Positions 1-12,224 of a stretch of DNA of 64,000 nucleotides are shown here, piece by piece. Under the pieces are notes generated by a model. It did not search any database and was not told the DNA's origin. It worked only from the letters and a program-made list of their open reading frames with translations. The first letter of the stretch is position 1. Each line of letters starts with the position of its first letter. The position numbers and the translations under genes are program-made. This stretch comes from an uncultured bacterium (GTDB lineage Bacteria > Margulisbacteria > WOR-1 > CAVSGV01), in contig CAVYHE010000008.1 in assembly GCA_963768305.1 (NCBI GenBank), positions 32,001 through 96,000 of the forward strand, in the 5' to 3' direction.

Positions 1-1221
<1,221 letters not shown>

Positions 1222-4020
1222 TTATAACATTTTACTGACAACAGAGACACATCGTTCACAAAGGCCGGAGTGCTCGGCATTCTTCCCGACTGAATCCAGG
1301 TGCATCCAGCATCTTTCGCACTTTTTGCCTTCTGCTTTTTTGACGATAATATTCCTGCTGCCTTTTTCGACAATGAACTCGGAAACAATGAATATGGATG
1401 GCAGCTGAGTTTCCATGCTCTTCATCAGTTGAAAGTCGTTGCCATCAAGGGAAATCTCAACCCTTGCTTCAAGCGGATGACTTATCGATTTTTCAGCCCT
1501 GGCATTTTCGATCGATCTATATACTTCGCTTCTTATCTCCAGCAGCTTATTCCATTTATCCTCAAGCTTTTTGTCAAGATATTTATCATCAACCTCCGGA
1601 AAATCTTCCTCGAAGATTGAATTCTGGGATTTGGGACTTGTTTCGGATCTCGGATCTCCGACCTCGGATCTGTTCATGTGTTTAAATATGTCTTCCGCCG
1701 TGAACGAGAGTATCGGCGCAAAAAGCTTGATCATTATTCGCAATATTTCACTCATTGCGGTCTGTGACGACCTGCGCAGACGCCCGTTCCTGCTCTCGCA
1801 ATAAAGCCGGTCCTTAATGATATCAAAATACAGGGAGCTCAGGTCATTAACGCAGAATTGGTGGATCGAGTGAAAAACAAGATGGAACTCGAATTCATCA
1901 TAAGCTTTTCGCGCCCGCTCAATGAGCCTGTGGGCCCGCAGCATCGCCCACTTATCTATCTCTTCCATATCATTGTATGCGACCGCATTTTTTGCCGGGT
2001 CAAGATCATTCAAATTGCTTATCAGGAATCTGCATGTATTGCGGATCTTGGAGAACGCATCGCTGACCTGCTTCAATATTTCCTTGGAAGCGCTCATATC
2101 GTTCCTGAAATCGGCCGAAGCGACCCATAACCGGAGAACATCCGCTCCGAATTCCTTCACGACGACCTGAGGATCAACGACATTTCCCACGGATTTGCTC
2201 ATTTTTTTCCCCGTATCATCCACTGTGAACCCGTGGGTCAGCACGGCTTTATATGGCGCCTTTTCCTCCGCGCCGACAGCTGTTAAAAGCGAGGACTGGA
2301 ACCAGCCCCTGTGCTGGTCGCTGCCTTCCAGGTACAGGTCAGCAGGCCATGAAAGTTCTTTCTTTTCTTTTAATACCGACCAATGTGAAGCTCCGGATTC
2401 GAACCAGACATCCAGTATGTCGGTCTCTTTTTCAAAATCTTTTCCGCCGCAGTCGCCGCACTTGAGGCCTTTCGCTATATCATTCGCTCCCATCTCGAAC
2501 CACGCATTCGATCCTTTGGCCCTGAAAAGGTCAACGATCGCTTTGTTGAAATCGCCTTTATACTGCGGCTTCCCGCATTTCTTGCAGTAAAGAGCCGGTA
2601 TCGGCACGCCCCAGTAGCGCTGACGTGAAATGCACCAGTCGGGGCGCTGGGTCACCATTCCCCTTATCCTGCTCTCTCCCCATGCCGGATACCATTTTGT
2701 TTCGCCGATAGCTTTCAGCGCCTTTGCCCTGAGCTCGTTCTTGTCGATCGAGATGAACCACTGCTCGGTGGCCCTGAATATGACGGGTTTCCTGCATCTC
2801 CAGCAGTGAGGATAGCTGTGTTTCACGGTTTCGGCTAAAAGAAGTGAACCGTCCCGCTGCATATCGGCAACTATCAGGTCGTTCGCTTCATCATACCGCT
2901 TGCCTTCATACCTGCCCGCTTCCTTCGTGAAATATCCTTTCCCGTCCACCGGCATTACGATCGGTAATTTATATTTGAGCCCGACCTGGTAGTCTTCCTC
3001 GCCGTGTCCGGGAGCGATGTGGACAAGCCCTGTCCCCTGCTCCAGCGTAACGTAATCATCCAGGACTATCGGCACATCCCTGTCCATGAACGGATGGCGG
3101 CAGATTATTCCTTCAAGTATTTTGCCTTTGAATTTTCCGGCCATCTGAAATTCCTTGATGCCGAGTTTCTTGACCAAACTTTCGAGCGATCCTTCAGCCA
3201 CGACCAATATTTCATTTCCTACCGATATCGCGGCGTATTCGTGTTCCGGATGAGCAGCAATGGCAACGTTCGCGGGAAGCGTCCAAGGAGTCGTGGTCCA
3301 TACTACAAAATATGAATCCCCCGTAAGGACATCCTGAAGCTGGCGGAATTCGGGGCTTTTTGATTCAATGGATTTAACTTTGAATTTCACATAGACCGAA
3401 ACCGAATCATCATCCTGATACTCAATTTCGGCTTCCGCTAATGCAGTTTCATCCACCGGGCACCAGTGGATAGGCTTAAGGCCCCTGTAAACAAAGCCCT
3501 TTTCAGCGAGGATGCCAAAAAGCTTCGCTATCCCGCTTTCATAATCATATTTGATCGTCAGATAAGGATCGTTCCAGTCCCCGACGCAGCCCAGGCGCTT
3601 GAATTCCTCGCGCTGGACATCCACATATTTCAATGCGTATTCCTGGCATTTTTTCCTGAACTCAAGCGCGTCCATCGCTTTCCTTTTCAGTCCGAGTTCC
3701 TTTATCATCTGGGTCTCTATCGGAAGCCCGTGGCAGTCCCATCCGGGAATGAACGGAGAATAATATCCGGCCATTGACTTGTATTTAACGACAATGTCTT
3801 TCAGTATTTTGTTGAGGGCGTGCCCGAGGTGGATATCGCCGTTGGGATAAGGGGGGCCGTCATGAAGAATGAACTTCTTTTTGTCCCTGTGTTTTTCCTT
3901 CATTCGGCCGTAAACTTTTTCTTTGTCCCAAAAAGCCAACAGCTCAGGCTCGAGCTTCGCATGGTTGGCCTTTATAGGGAAATCCGTCTTCGGAAGATTT
4001 AAGGTGTTCTTATATTCCAT
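1222..4020 (-). CDS. ileS: Isoleucine--tRNA ligase
   Basis: 932 aa; HDGPPY, HLGH, KMSKS motifs, C-terminal CERCW zinc finger. Confidence 0.98.
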   Translation of the reverse strand: MEYKNTLNLPKTDFPIKANHAKLEPELLAFWDKEKVYGRMKEKHRDKKKFILHDGPPYPNGDIHLGHALNKILKDIVVKYKSMAGYYSPFIPGWDCHGLPIETQMIKELGLKRKAMDALEFRKKCQEYALKYVDVQREEFKRLGCVGDWNDPYLTIKYDYESGIAKLFGILAEKGFVYRGLKPIHWCPVDETALAEAEIEYQDDDSVSVYVKFKVKSIESKSPEFRQLQDVLTGDSYFVVWTTTPWTLPANVAIAAHPEHEYAAISVGNEILVVAEGSLESLVKKLGIKEFQMAGKFKGKILEGIICRHPFMDRDVPIVLDDYVTLEQGTGLVHIAPGHGEEDYQVGLKYKLPIVMPVDGKGYFTKEAGRYEGKRYDEANDLIVADMQRDGSLLLAETVKHSYPHCWRCRKPVIFRATEQWFISIDKNELRAKALKAIGETKWYPAWGESRIRGMVTQRPDWCISRQRYWGVPIPALYCKKCGKPQYKGDFNKAIVDLFRAKGSNAWFEMGANDIAKGLKCGDCGGKDFEKETDILDVWFESGASHWSVLKEKKELSWPADLYLEGSDQHRGWFQSSLLTAVGAEEKAPYKAVLTHGFTVDDTGKKMSKSVGNVVDPQVVVKEFGADVLRLWVASADFRNDMSASKEILKQVSDAFSKIRNTCRFLISNLNDLDPAKNAVAYNDMEEIDKWAMLRAHRLIERARKAYDEFEFHLVFHSIHQFCVNDLSSLYFDIIKDRLYCESRNGRLRRSSQTAMSEILRIMIKLFAPILSFTAEDIFKHMNRSEVGDPRSETSPKSQNSIFEEDFPEVDDKYLDKKLEDKWNKLLEIRSEVYRSIENARAEKSISHPLEARVEISLDGNDFQLMKSMETQLPSIFIVSEFIVEKGSRNIIVKKAEGKKCERCWMHLDSVGKNAEHSGLCERCVSVVSKML

Positions 4021-4023
4021 AAG

Positions 4024-6453
4024 CTATGAAAGCATCGGTCCTTCTATTGAAGGCGGATACTTGGGCGGGGCGCTTTTTCTTTTTACAGGCTCGGGCTTCT
4101 TTGCCAATGCGACAGGAAAGACCTCGTCAATCTCTTTTACCAGATGGAATTTGATATCGAGCGGTATCTCCTGCTTTATCTCATCCAGATCTTTTTTGTT
4201 CTCTTCAGGCAGTATCACGTCAGTGATCCCCGCCCTTCTCGCGGCCAGGAGCTTCTCTTTTAATCCGCCGATCGGAAGCACCTTGCCGAGAAGTGTTATC
4301 TCACCTGTCATCGCAACATCATGCCTGATCGGTATCTGTGTTAGGGCTGATGCAAGTGCCGTAGCAATGGTTATCCCGGCGGAAGGGCCGTCCTTCGGCA
4401 CAGCGCCTTCCGGCACGTGAATATGTATATCCGTCTTCCTGTAAAAGTCCTCATCAATTCCCAGAGCATCCGCGCGGGACCTTATACAGCTCAACGCCGC
4501 CTTCGCGGATTCCTGCATTACATCTCCAAGCTGCCCTGTCAATGTCAGGTTCCCGCGCCCTTTCATTATGGAGACTTCTATAGGAACAGTATCGCCGCCA
4601 ACTTCGGTCCAAACCAGGCCGGTAGCCGCCCCGATCTGATCTTTTTCTTCGGCAACGCCGAACCTGTATTTTGGTGCGCCCAGGTATTCATGGAGGTCGC
4701 TGGCTTTCACGACCACTTTGCCTTCCTTTTTCTTCCTGACGAACACCGTCGCTATTTTGCGCATTATAGTCGCAATTGTGCGCTCCACCGATCTGACCCC
4801 GGCTTCCTTGGTGTATTCCCGTAATATCGATATTAGCGCGTCTTCCTTGAATTCGATCTGATCGCTCTTCAGGCCGTGGTTCTTCAGCTCTTTCGGAACA
4901 AGGAATCCTTTTACTATCCCCAGTTTTTCCTCTTCCGTATATCCGGACATTTCGATGATCTCCATCCTGTCCCTTAGCGGCCTTGGTATGGGATCCGCCG
5001 TGTTCGCGGTCGTGATGAAAAAAACATCCGAAAGATCGAATGCGGTCTCCAGATAATGGTCGCTGAAAGTCTTGTTCTGCTCGGGATCAAGCACTTCCAG
5101 CAGTGCGGCGCCGGGATCGCCCCGGAAGTCAGTACCGAGCTTGTCTATCTCATCTAAAAGAAAGACTGGGTTGGAAACACCGACCTTACTGATCGATTGT
5201 ATGATCCTTCCGGGAAGTGAGCCGACATACGTTCTCCTGTGGCCGCGAATTTCCGCTTCATCCCTCATGCCGCCAAGAGATACCCTGGTGAATTTTCTTC
5301 CCATCGCCCTGGCGATGGATGAAGCGATAGATGTCTTGCCGACGCCAGGAGGTCCGATGAGACAGAGGATCGTCCCGCCTATCTTCCCGGTAAGCTGCAG
5401 GACAGCGAAATATTCAAGGATCCTTTCCTTCACTTTTTTGAGGCCGTAATGGTCTTCATTAAGGATCTTTTCCACTTCCGCCATGTCAAGCTTGCTCTTT
5501 GTCTTTTTATGCCAGGGAAGGTCTATCAGCCAGTCAAGATATGTGCGGATCACCGTCGCTTCCGCTGCCATTGACGGCATTTTTGAAAGCCTTTCCAGCT
5601 CTTTGTCCGCTTTTTCCTTGACTTCGGGAGGCAGTTTTGCCTTCAGTATTTTTTTCCTGTATTCTCCTATCTCGGGAGGCGCGCCTTCCTCCTCCTCACC
5701 AAGCTCATCCTGGATCGCGCGCAGCTTCTCCTTAAGATAATATTCTTTCTGGACCTTCTCTATCTGACGCCTCACCTTCCCCTGAAGCTTCTTTTCAACC
5801 TCCAGGACCTCTATTTCCTTGTCCAGGAAATGGGAAAGTTTTTTCAGCCTCTGCTGGACCGTTATGGCTTCAAGGATGGACTGTTTTTCATCCACCTTAA
5901 GCGTGAGATATGAGGCGATAAGGTCGGCAAGCCGGCCGGGATTATCTATGTTGATTATGGACATCAAAGTTTCCGGAGGGATCCTCTTGTTCAATTTAAC
6001 GTATTTTTCGAACTGCTGGATCACCAATCTGATTGACGCTTCCACTTCCACGGTCATGTCGTCTATTTCGGGGATGCTGGATATTTTCACCTTGAAGAAC
6101 GGCGATTCGGAAACAAAGCCCTCTATCTTAACGCGCGAGACCCCTTCAACAAGGATCTTCGTCGTTCCGTCGGGAAGCGCCTGTATCTGGACCACTTCGG
6201 AAAGCGTGCCGATACCGCAGATGTCGTCCGTATCCGGCTCTTCCACGTCCTCGCTCTTCTGGGAAGCGAAAACCACCATGCGCTCTTTGTTCAACACGCC
6301 TTCCAGCGCTTTCACGGACTTATTCCTCCCGATGAAAAGCGGTACGACCATCTGCGGGAACACGACTATGTTCCTGAGAGGGATGAGCGGAAGGACATCC
6401 TTCCATTCCGAGAATTTTTCAGGATGCTTCTTATCTATCTTTTCTTCAGCCAT
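4024..6453 (-). CDS. lon: Lon protease
   Basis: 809 aa; GPPGVGKTS Walker A, PKDGPSAG catalytic Ser motif. Confidence 0.98.
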   Translation of the reverse strand: MAEEKIDKKHPEKFSEWKDVLPLIPLRNIVVFPQMVVPLFIGRNKSVKALEGVLNKERMVVFASQKSEDVEEPDTDDICGIGTLSEVVQIQALPDGTTKILVEGVSRVKIEGFVSESPFFKVKISSIPEIDDMTVEVEASIRLVIQQFEKYVKLNKRIPPETLMSIINIDNPGRLADLIASYLTLKVDEKQSILEAITVQQRLKKLSHFLDKEIEVLEVEKKLQGKVRRQIEKVQKEYYLKEKLRAIQDELGEEEEGAPPEIGEYRKKILKAKLPPEVKEKADKELERLSKMPSMAAEATVIRTYLDWLIDLPWHKKTKSKLDMAEVEKILNEDHYGLKKVKERILEYFAVLQLTGKIGGTILCLIGPPGVGKTSIASSIARAMGRKFTRVSLGGMRDEAEIRGHRRTYVGSLPGRIIQSISKVGVSNPVFLLDEIDKLGTDFRGDPGAALLEVLDPEQNKTFSDHYLETAFDLSDVFFITTANTADPIPRPLRDRMEIIEMSGYTEEEKLGIVKGFLVPKELKNHGLKSDQIEFKEDALISILREYTKEAGVRSVERTIATIMRKIATVFVRKKKEGKVVVKASDLHEYLGAPKYRFGVAEEKDQIGAATGLVWTEVGGDTVPIEVSIMKGRGNLTLTGQLGDVMQESAKAALSCIRSRADALGIDEDFYRKTDIHIHVPEGAVPKDGPSAGITIATALASALTQIPIRHDVAMTGEITLLGKVLPIGGLKEKLLAARRAGITDVILPEENKKDLDEIKQEIPLDIKFHLVKEIDEVFPVALAKKPEPVKRKSAPPKYPPSIEGPMLS

Positions 6454-6455
6454 TT

Positions 6456-7684
6456 TTATGCCGCCTTGAGCTGCGTTATTTCGGACCTTCTCATAAGTTT
6501 CTTTATGATCGATTCAGTGATGGTCACCTTGCCCGACCCCGACTTGGACGGCGCCTCGAACATAACGTCCAGCATTATCTCTTCGATGATAGCGCGCAGG
6601 GCCCTGGCGCCTATCTTGCGCTTAAGAGCTGCCCTTGCTATAAGCTTAAGAGCGGGATCTGTGAATTCCAGTTTCACTCCGTCCATCGCCAGCAGCTTTC
6701 CTGTACTGCTTCACCAGGGCGTTCTTCGGCTCTTTTAATATCCTGATCAAAGCTTTTTCATCAAGCGGGTTAAGGACCGCCACCGCCGGAAGACGGCCGA
6801 TTATTTCGGGGATAAATCCGTATTTAAGAAGATCATCCGGCAGGACATGCTCAAGCACATCAACTCGTATCCTTTCGTTAAGCGTGTCCTCGCCCTTGAA
6901 CCCTATCCTTCCCTTTCCTATGCGCCGCTCGATAATGTTCTCAAGACCGTGGAAAGCGCCGCCTGCGATAAAAAGTATGTTCGTGGTGTCAAGCTGGATG
7001 AATTCCTGCTGAGGATGTTTTCTCCCGCCCTGCGGAGGGACATTTGCGACAGTACCTTCAAGCAGCTTAAGAAGCGCCTGTTGGACACCTTCTCCCGAAA
7101 CATCCCTTGTGATGGAAGGATTCTCGGATTTTCTGGATATCTTATCGATCTCATCCAGATAAATAATGCCTCGCGAAGCTTTGACCGGATCATAATCGCT
7201 TACCTGAAGTAATCTGGTCAGCACGGATTCCACATCCTCGCCAACATATCCCGCTTCGGTCAAAGTAGTGGCATCTGCGATGGCGAACGGGACGTTCAAT
7301 ATTTTTGCGAGCGTTTGCGCAAGAAGCGTTTTTCCGGAGCCGCTCGGCCCGATCAAGAGGATGTTGCTCTTCTGTATCTCCGTATCATCTTCCCTGGAAG
7401 ATTTGATCGCCTCTTTTATAATGATTGTAGACTGCGACCGAGAGGACTTTTTTCGCCTTATCCTGTCCGATAACATACTGGTTCAGCATCTCGAACATAT
7501 CTTTCGGCTTTGGGACCTTTGATATGCCTCCTGTTTCGGGGCGCTCTTGCTTTTTTCCTCCGCGGCCATTTCCAGGCATATCTTCGCGCACTGGTCGCAA
7601 ATGTGGGCGTTAGGCCCCGCTATGAGGCGCCTGTCCGGGCCCTTCCGGTTTCCCGCAAAAAGCGCAGATTATCTGATCGTCCAT
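6456..7684 (-). CDS. clpX: ClpX ATPase subunit (frameshifted in this read)
   Basis: Fragments: N-terminal C4 zinc finger (CAFCG), [51 protein letters not shown]. Confidence 0.93.
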
Positions 7685-7687
7685 TAA

Positions 7688-8320
7688 CTATCCTTTCGTT
7701 GACTTACCGGGCTTTATGATGCCTTTTTTGGTTTCAATGACCTCGTCGACGATCCCGTATTCCACTGCCTCCGCCGCGGACATATAAAAATCCCTGTCAG
7801 TGTCTTTCTCCACCTTGGAAAGCGGCTGGCCCGAATGCTTTGCAAGCATTTCATTGAGCAGTTTTTTCATCCTTAATATTTCTTTTGTCTGGATCTCTAT
7901 GTCGGTGGCCTGGCCCTGCGCGCCTCCGAGCGGCTGGTGGATCATTATGCGCGCGTTCGGAAGGGCGAATCTCTTTCCTTTTGAACCGGCCGCCAGGAGC
8001 ATTGCGCCCATGCTTGCCGCCTGGCCTATGCAAATGGTGGTGACCGGCGATTTCAGGTACTGCATCGTATCGTAGACGGCAAGCCCTGCCGTCACGACCC
8101 CTCCGGGGCTGTTGATATACATATTTATGTCCTTTTCATTGTCCTCCGATTCCAGGAACAGCATCTGGGCGATGATAAGGTTCGCTATCTCATCATCCAT
8201 CGGGGTCCCGATAAAGATTATCCTTTCTTTCAGTAATCTTGAAAATATATCATAGGCCCTCTCTCCCCTGCCGGACTGTTCAATGACCATCGGTATCACG
8301 TTTTGCCCTGTTTCTCTCAT
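7688..8320 (-). CDS. clpP: ClpP protease subunit
   Basis: YINSPGG, GQAASMG, RIMIHQP motifs. Confidence 0.98.
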   Translation of the reverse strand: MRETGQNVIPMVIEQSGRGERAYDIFSRLLKERIIFIGTPMDDEIANLIIAQMLFLESEDNEKDINMYINSPGGVVTAGLAVYDTMQYLKSPVTTICIGQAASMGAMLLAAGSKGKRFALPNARIMIHQPLGGAQGQATDIEIQTKEILRMKKLLNEMLAKHSGQPLSKVEKDTDRDFYMSAAEAVEYGIVDEVIETKKGIIKPGKSTKG

Positions 8321-8388
8321 AAAATTACCTCCTTATTCTCTCCCCAGATTTTCATGGATCATAATCTACTACAACACCAGCTTCGCTT

Positions 8389-8423
8389 CCCTCTCCTTAC
8401 AAAGGAGAGGGGTTGGGGGTGAG
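8389..8423. repeat. REP-like hairpin CCCTCTCCTT-ACA-AAGGAGAGGG followed by GTTGGGGGTGAG
   Basis: 10-bp perfect inverted repeat in the tig-clpP spacer. Confidence 0.6.
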
Positions 8424-8424
8424 A

Positions 8425-9450
8425 TTACCCTTCCACTTTAGCTTTTGAAATCACAAAGTCAATCGCTTTTTCCCTTGATAGATATTCTTTGATCGAATTG
8501 AGCATATCTTCGGTCGCTTCCTTTTTGAAGTCTTCTGCCGTTCTTCCGTAATGCTGGGCAAGCAGTTCCATCTCTTTATCAATATCGTTTTGCTCCACTT
8601 CAAGTTTTTCTTTTTCAACGATATATTCAAGGGCCAGTTTTGCCTTCAACCGCACTTCCGCACTGGGCTTCATTTCATCCCTCAGTTTGCCCATATCCTT
8701 TTTTACCGCTGAAAGATAAGAGGCGACCGTCATCCTGTTCCTTTCAAGCGAAGCTTCCAGGTCGTGCATCATTGAGTCTATTTCGCGCTCGAACATTCCG
8801 CCGGGGATATCGCCTTCCACAAGCTCAGACAATTTTTTTGTGACACTATCCCTTTCAGCGATCTCCGCTTCTCTTTCTTTTCTTCATGCAGGTTCGCCAT
8901 GATAAGATCTTTCAGCTCCTGCAGTGAGTTTGTTTGGCTCACTTTTTTCGCGAATTCATCATCCACGCACAAGCTCGCTTTCAGGAATATTCATTTGTTT
9001 TGAGTAGTTTTGTTTTATGTATCCTATGGTCTTATCTATGTCAGCGTCCGTGACTTCCGTGGAACGTTTTTCAAGCGCAAGTTTCTTGTAATTGCCAAGC
9101 TTGATCTCAGGATAAACGTCCACTTTAACGGTGAAAATAATAGGTGATGTTTTATCAAGCTTTTTCAGCTCTACTCCCGGATAATCTACCGGTTTGATGC
9201 CTGAAGCGTTTACGATGTCAGGATATATATCTGAGAAAAGGAATTGTACCGCCCTGTCAATGACGGCTTCCTCATGGATATACTTCTTTAACAGGCCGGC
9301 AGGGACTTTCCCCAGCCTGAACCCGGGGACATTAACTTCCCTGGAAGCTTCCGTGTAAGCTTTCTCTATCTTCGGCTCAAGCTTTGAATATTCCTCTTCA
9401 ATTTCAAGCGTTACTTGATTCCCCAATTTTTCCTGTTTCAGTATTTTCAA
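8425..9450 (-). CDS. tig: Trigger factor, short form (frameshifted in this read)
   Basis: VPGFRLGKVP ribosome-binding motif; DDEFAKKV and C-terminal domain; position upstream of clpP. Confidence 0.9.
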
Positions 9451-9563
9451 TTATTTGCCTTTCTTTCCGGCTTCTTAACCCTTACACCTAACCCTTAACC
9501 ATTAAATCAAATATTCTTTCAAGTTTGGGCCCCTCCGAAACGGCTTTCCTCCCAAACTTGAAA

Positions 9564-9639
9564 GGGTGGACGATCGGACTTGAACCGACAACCACCAGAT
9601 CCACAATCTGGTGCTCTAACCAATTGAGCTACGCCCACC
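9564..9639 (-). tRNA. tRNA-His(GTG)
   Basis: Cloverleaf; anticodon arm CCAGA-TTGTGGA-TCTGG. Confidence 0.93.
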
Positions 9640-9646
9640 ATAAACT

Positions 9647-9720
9647 CGGGCCTGACAGGATTCGAACCTGCGACCGACGGATTAGAAATCCGTTGCTCTA
9701 TCCAGCTGAGCTACAGGCCC
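9647..9720 (-). tRNA. tRNA-Arg(TCT)
   Basis: Anticodon arm ACGGA-TTTCTAA-TCCGT; GGTTCGAATCC T arm. Confidence 0.93.
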
Positions 9721-9729
9721 AAACTTCAA

Positions 9730-9801
9730 AGCGGGAGACGGGATTCGAACCCGCGACCTCCTGCTTGGAAGGCAGGAGCTCTACCACTGAGCTACTCCCG
9801 C
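9730..9801 (-). tRNA. tRNA-Gly(TCC)
   Basis: GCGGGAG acceptor; anticodon loop CTTCCAA. Confidence 0.93.
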
Positions 9802-9816
9802 AAATTAATCAACTCA

Positions 9817-9898
9817 TGCCGCGGAGAGGAGTCGAACCTCTATGCCTTTCGGCACAAGATCCTAAGTCTTGCGTGTCTGCCAATTTCACCACCGCGGC
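9817..9898 (-). tRNA. tRNA-Leu(TAG)
   Basis: GCCGCGGTGGTGAAATTGGCAGAC start; loop CTTAGGA; long variable arm. Confidence 0.93.
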
Positions 9899-9923
9899 AT
9901 TCGAATGATCCCTAAACTTAATA

Positions 9924-9968
9924 CTGCCAACCTGCCCCGCGTGTATCGCGGGGTTTCGCCACCTCGGC
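9924..9968 (-). pseudogene. 5' fragment of a tRNA-Leu interrupted by a 23-bp hairpin insertion
   Basis: GCCGAGGTGGCGAAA[CCCCGCGATACACGCGGGGCAGG]TTGGCAG compared with the neighbour's GCCGCGGTGGTGAAATTGGCAG. Confidence 0.6.
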
Positions 9969-9977
9969 CCGTCTTTT

Positions 9978-10050
9978 TGCACCGCAGAGGAATCGAACCT
10001 CTAACCTTGGCATTAAGAGTGCCCTGCTCTGCCAATTGAGCTAGCGGTGC
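9978..10050 (-). tRNA. tRNA-Lys(CTT)
   Basis: Anticodon loop CTCTTAA. Confidence 0.92.
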
Positions 10051-10064
10051 AAAAAATCGAACAA

Positions 10065-10139
10065 TCGGGGCGGCCGGATTTGAACCGACGACCTCCTGCG
10101 CCCAAGGCAGGCGCTCTAGCCAAGCTGAGCCACGCCCCG
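10065..10139 (-). tRNA. tRNA-Pro(TGG)
   Basis: CGGGGCG acceptor; loop CTTGGGC. Confidence 0.92.
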
Positions 10140-10150
10140 CAACAAATAAC

Positions 10151-10224
10151 CGCGCCCGATAGGACTTGAACCTACAACCTTCTCCTTCGAAGGGAGCCGC
10201 TCTATCCAATTGAGCTACGGGCGC
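10151..10224 (-). tRNA. tRNA-Arg(TCG)
   Basis: GCGCCCG acceptor; anticodon loop CTTCGAA. Confidence 0.88.
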
Positions 10225-10244
10225 ACGAAAAGGCAAAATTTAAA

Positions 10245-10317
10245 AGCGGGAGACGGGTCTCGAACCCGCGACCTTTTGCTTGGCAAGCAAATGCTCTACC
10301 AACTGAGCTACTCCCGC
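10245..10317 (-). tRNA. tRNA-Gly(GCC)
   Basis: GCGGGAG acceptor; loop TTGCCAA. Confidence 0.92.
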
Positions 10318-10333
10318 AAAATACCCGTGGGGA

Positions 10334-10927
10334 TTATATCATTTTTGCCAGTATAACAGCAACTTTTCTAAGGGCTTTTCCTCGGTGGGAGATATTGTTC
10401 TTTAACTTTAACGGCATCTGGGCAAAAGTCATTGAATGACCTTGAGGGACAAAAACAGGATCATATCCGAACCCGTTGCCGCCCTTCATTTTATCGATTA
10501 CTCTCCCGCGGCAGACGCCTTTTGCCAGCCTGATCTTCCTGCCGTCCGCGACAGCCATTACGCACACGAATTTCGCCTTTCTGTTCTTTTTTGACCTCAT
10601 TTCTTTCAGCAATTTCCCGCAAAGCCTTTGAGTTGAAGGGTTTGGGCCGGCATATCTGGCCGATCTGACGCCAGGCCTGCCGTTCAAGGCGTCAACGCAA
10701 AGGCCGGAATCATCGGCAAGGACTGGAGCTTTAAGTCTTTTGGATATCGAAATTGCCTTCTTGATGGCGTTCTCTTCGAAAGTTCTGCCGGTTTCCTTGA
10801 TATTGGGAGTTTTTGGCATGTTGAGTAGAGATAATATATGTAATTTGAGAGGTTTGAGAATGTGTTTGATCTCTCTGACTTTCCCGTTATTCTTTGTGGC
10901 AATGAGCAGAATTTTTTTCATGCGCAT
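10334..10927 (-). CDS. rdgB: Non-canonical purine NTP pyrophosphatase (RdgB/HAM1)
   Basis: ADDSGL, GFGYDPVF, SHRGKA motifs. Confidence 0.95.
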   Translation of the reverse strand: MRMKKILLIATKNNGKVREIKHILKPLKLHILSLLNMPKTPNIKETGRTFEENAIKKAISISKRLKAPVLADDSGLCVDALNGRPGVRSARYAGPNPSTQRLCGKLLKEMRSKKNRKAKFVCVMAVADGRKIRLAKGVCRGRVIDKMKGGNGFGYDPVFVPQGHSMTFAQMPLKLKNNISHRGKALRKVAVILAKMI

Positions 10928-10945
10928 ACCCTTAACTCATAACTC

Positions 10946-12224
10946 TTAACTCTTCTGTATCGCCTTTCTCCCGATATCGCTTCTGTAATGCTTGCCGTCA
11001 AAAGAGATCATGTGGACGACTTGATATGCGCGATCGATAGCTGATTTAATGGTGTCCGCCATAGCTGTGACACCGAGAACTCTTCCGCCGGATGTCACGA
11101 TCTTGCCGTCCTTCATGGCCGTTCCCGCGTGAAAAACGACCGCATCGTCAACGAATTTCGATTCAAATAACCCCGATATTTCTTTTCCTTTTCCGTAAGC
11201 CCCGGGATAACCCTTTGATGCAAGAACAATGCAAACAGCCGCCCTCTCATCCCATTCGATCTTTATCTTATCAAGCTTGCCGTCAAGGATATGTTCAATG
11301 ATATCGATGAGGTCAGTTTTTAACCTCATCATTATCGGCTGGGTCTCCGGATCGCCGAACCGGACATTGAATTCAAGGACTTTCGGCCCTTCCTTCGTTA
11401 TCATTATCCCCGCGTATAAAACTCCGACAAAAGCGGCGCCCTCTTTTCTCATACCGTCGATCATTTTTTTAAAAACATTTTCCTTCACATAATTCAATAT
11501 TTTATCGGTCACGACCGGCGCCGGGCTGTAAGCTCCCATCCCGCCAGTGTTCGGCCCCATGTCATTGTCAAAGATCCTTTTGTGGTCCTGCGCCGACTGC
11601 ATGATAGAAAAATGCTTTCCGTCGGAAAAAGCCAGGATAGAAGCTTCCTCGCCGACCAGGCATTCTTCAATGATTATTTTTGATGACGCTTCCTTGAATT
11701 CATGCTCGCCAAGCATCCTGTGAACGGCTTCTTCCGCTTCTTCCAGTGTCTCTTCGCGACAACAACGCCTTTCCCTGCGGCAAGGCCGTCCGCTTTTACC
11801 ACAACGGAAGAATTAAATGTACGCTAAGATATTCGATGGCGGCCTTTTCATCGGTGAATTCTGTCATAATCGCCGTCGGAACGCCGTATTTTTTCATGAT
11901 CTCTTTCGCGTACGCTTTGCTGCCTTCCAGCTTTGCTGCTGCCTTGGACGGGCCGAATATTTTCAGGCCGTCCTGCTGGAATTCATCCACTATTCCCGCG
12001 GCAAGAGGGGCTTCCGGCCCGACGATGGTGAGATCGATCTTGTTATCGAGGACGAATTTTTTCAGGGCGGGGATATTATCATCTTTAATGTCGATGCACT
12101 CCGCCAGGGCGGCGATCCCGGCATTTCCCGGCGCGCAGAATATCTTATCGACTTTTTTGCTTTGCGACACCTTCCAAACAAGCGCGTGTTCTCTTCCGCC
12201 GCCACCGATGACAAGTACTTTCAT
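10946..12224 (-). CDS. purD: Phosphoribosylamine--glycine ligase (frameshifted in this read)
   Basis: GGGGREHAL, QDHKR, GPNTGGMGAYSP, EFNVRFGDPETQ. Confidence 0.95.

Noticed and set aside
9525..10236. ORFs overlapping the tRNA cluster
   Set aside because: They are translations of tRNA genes.
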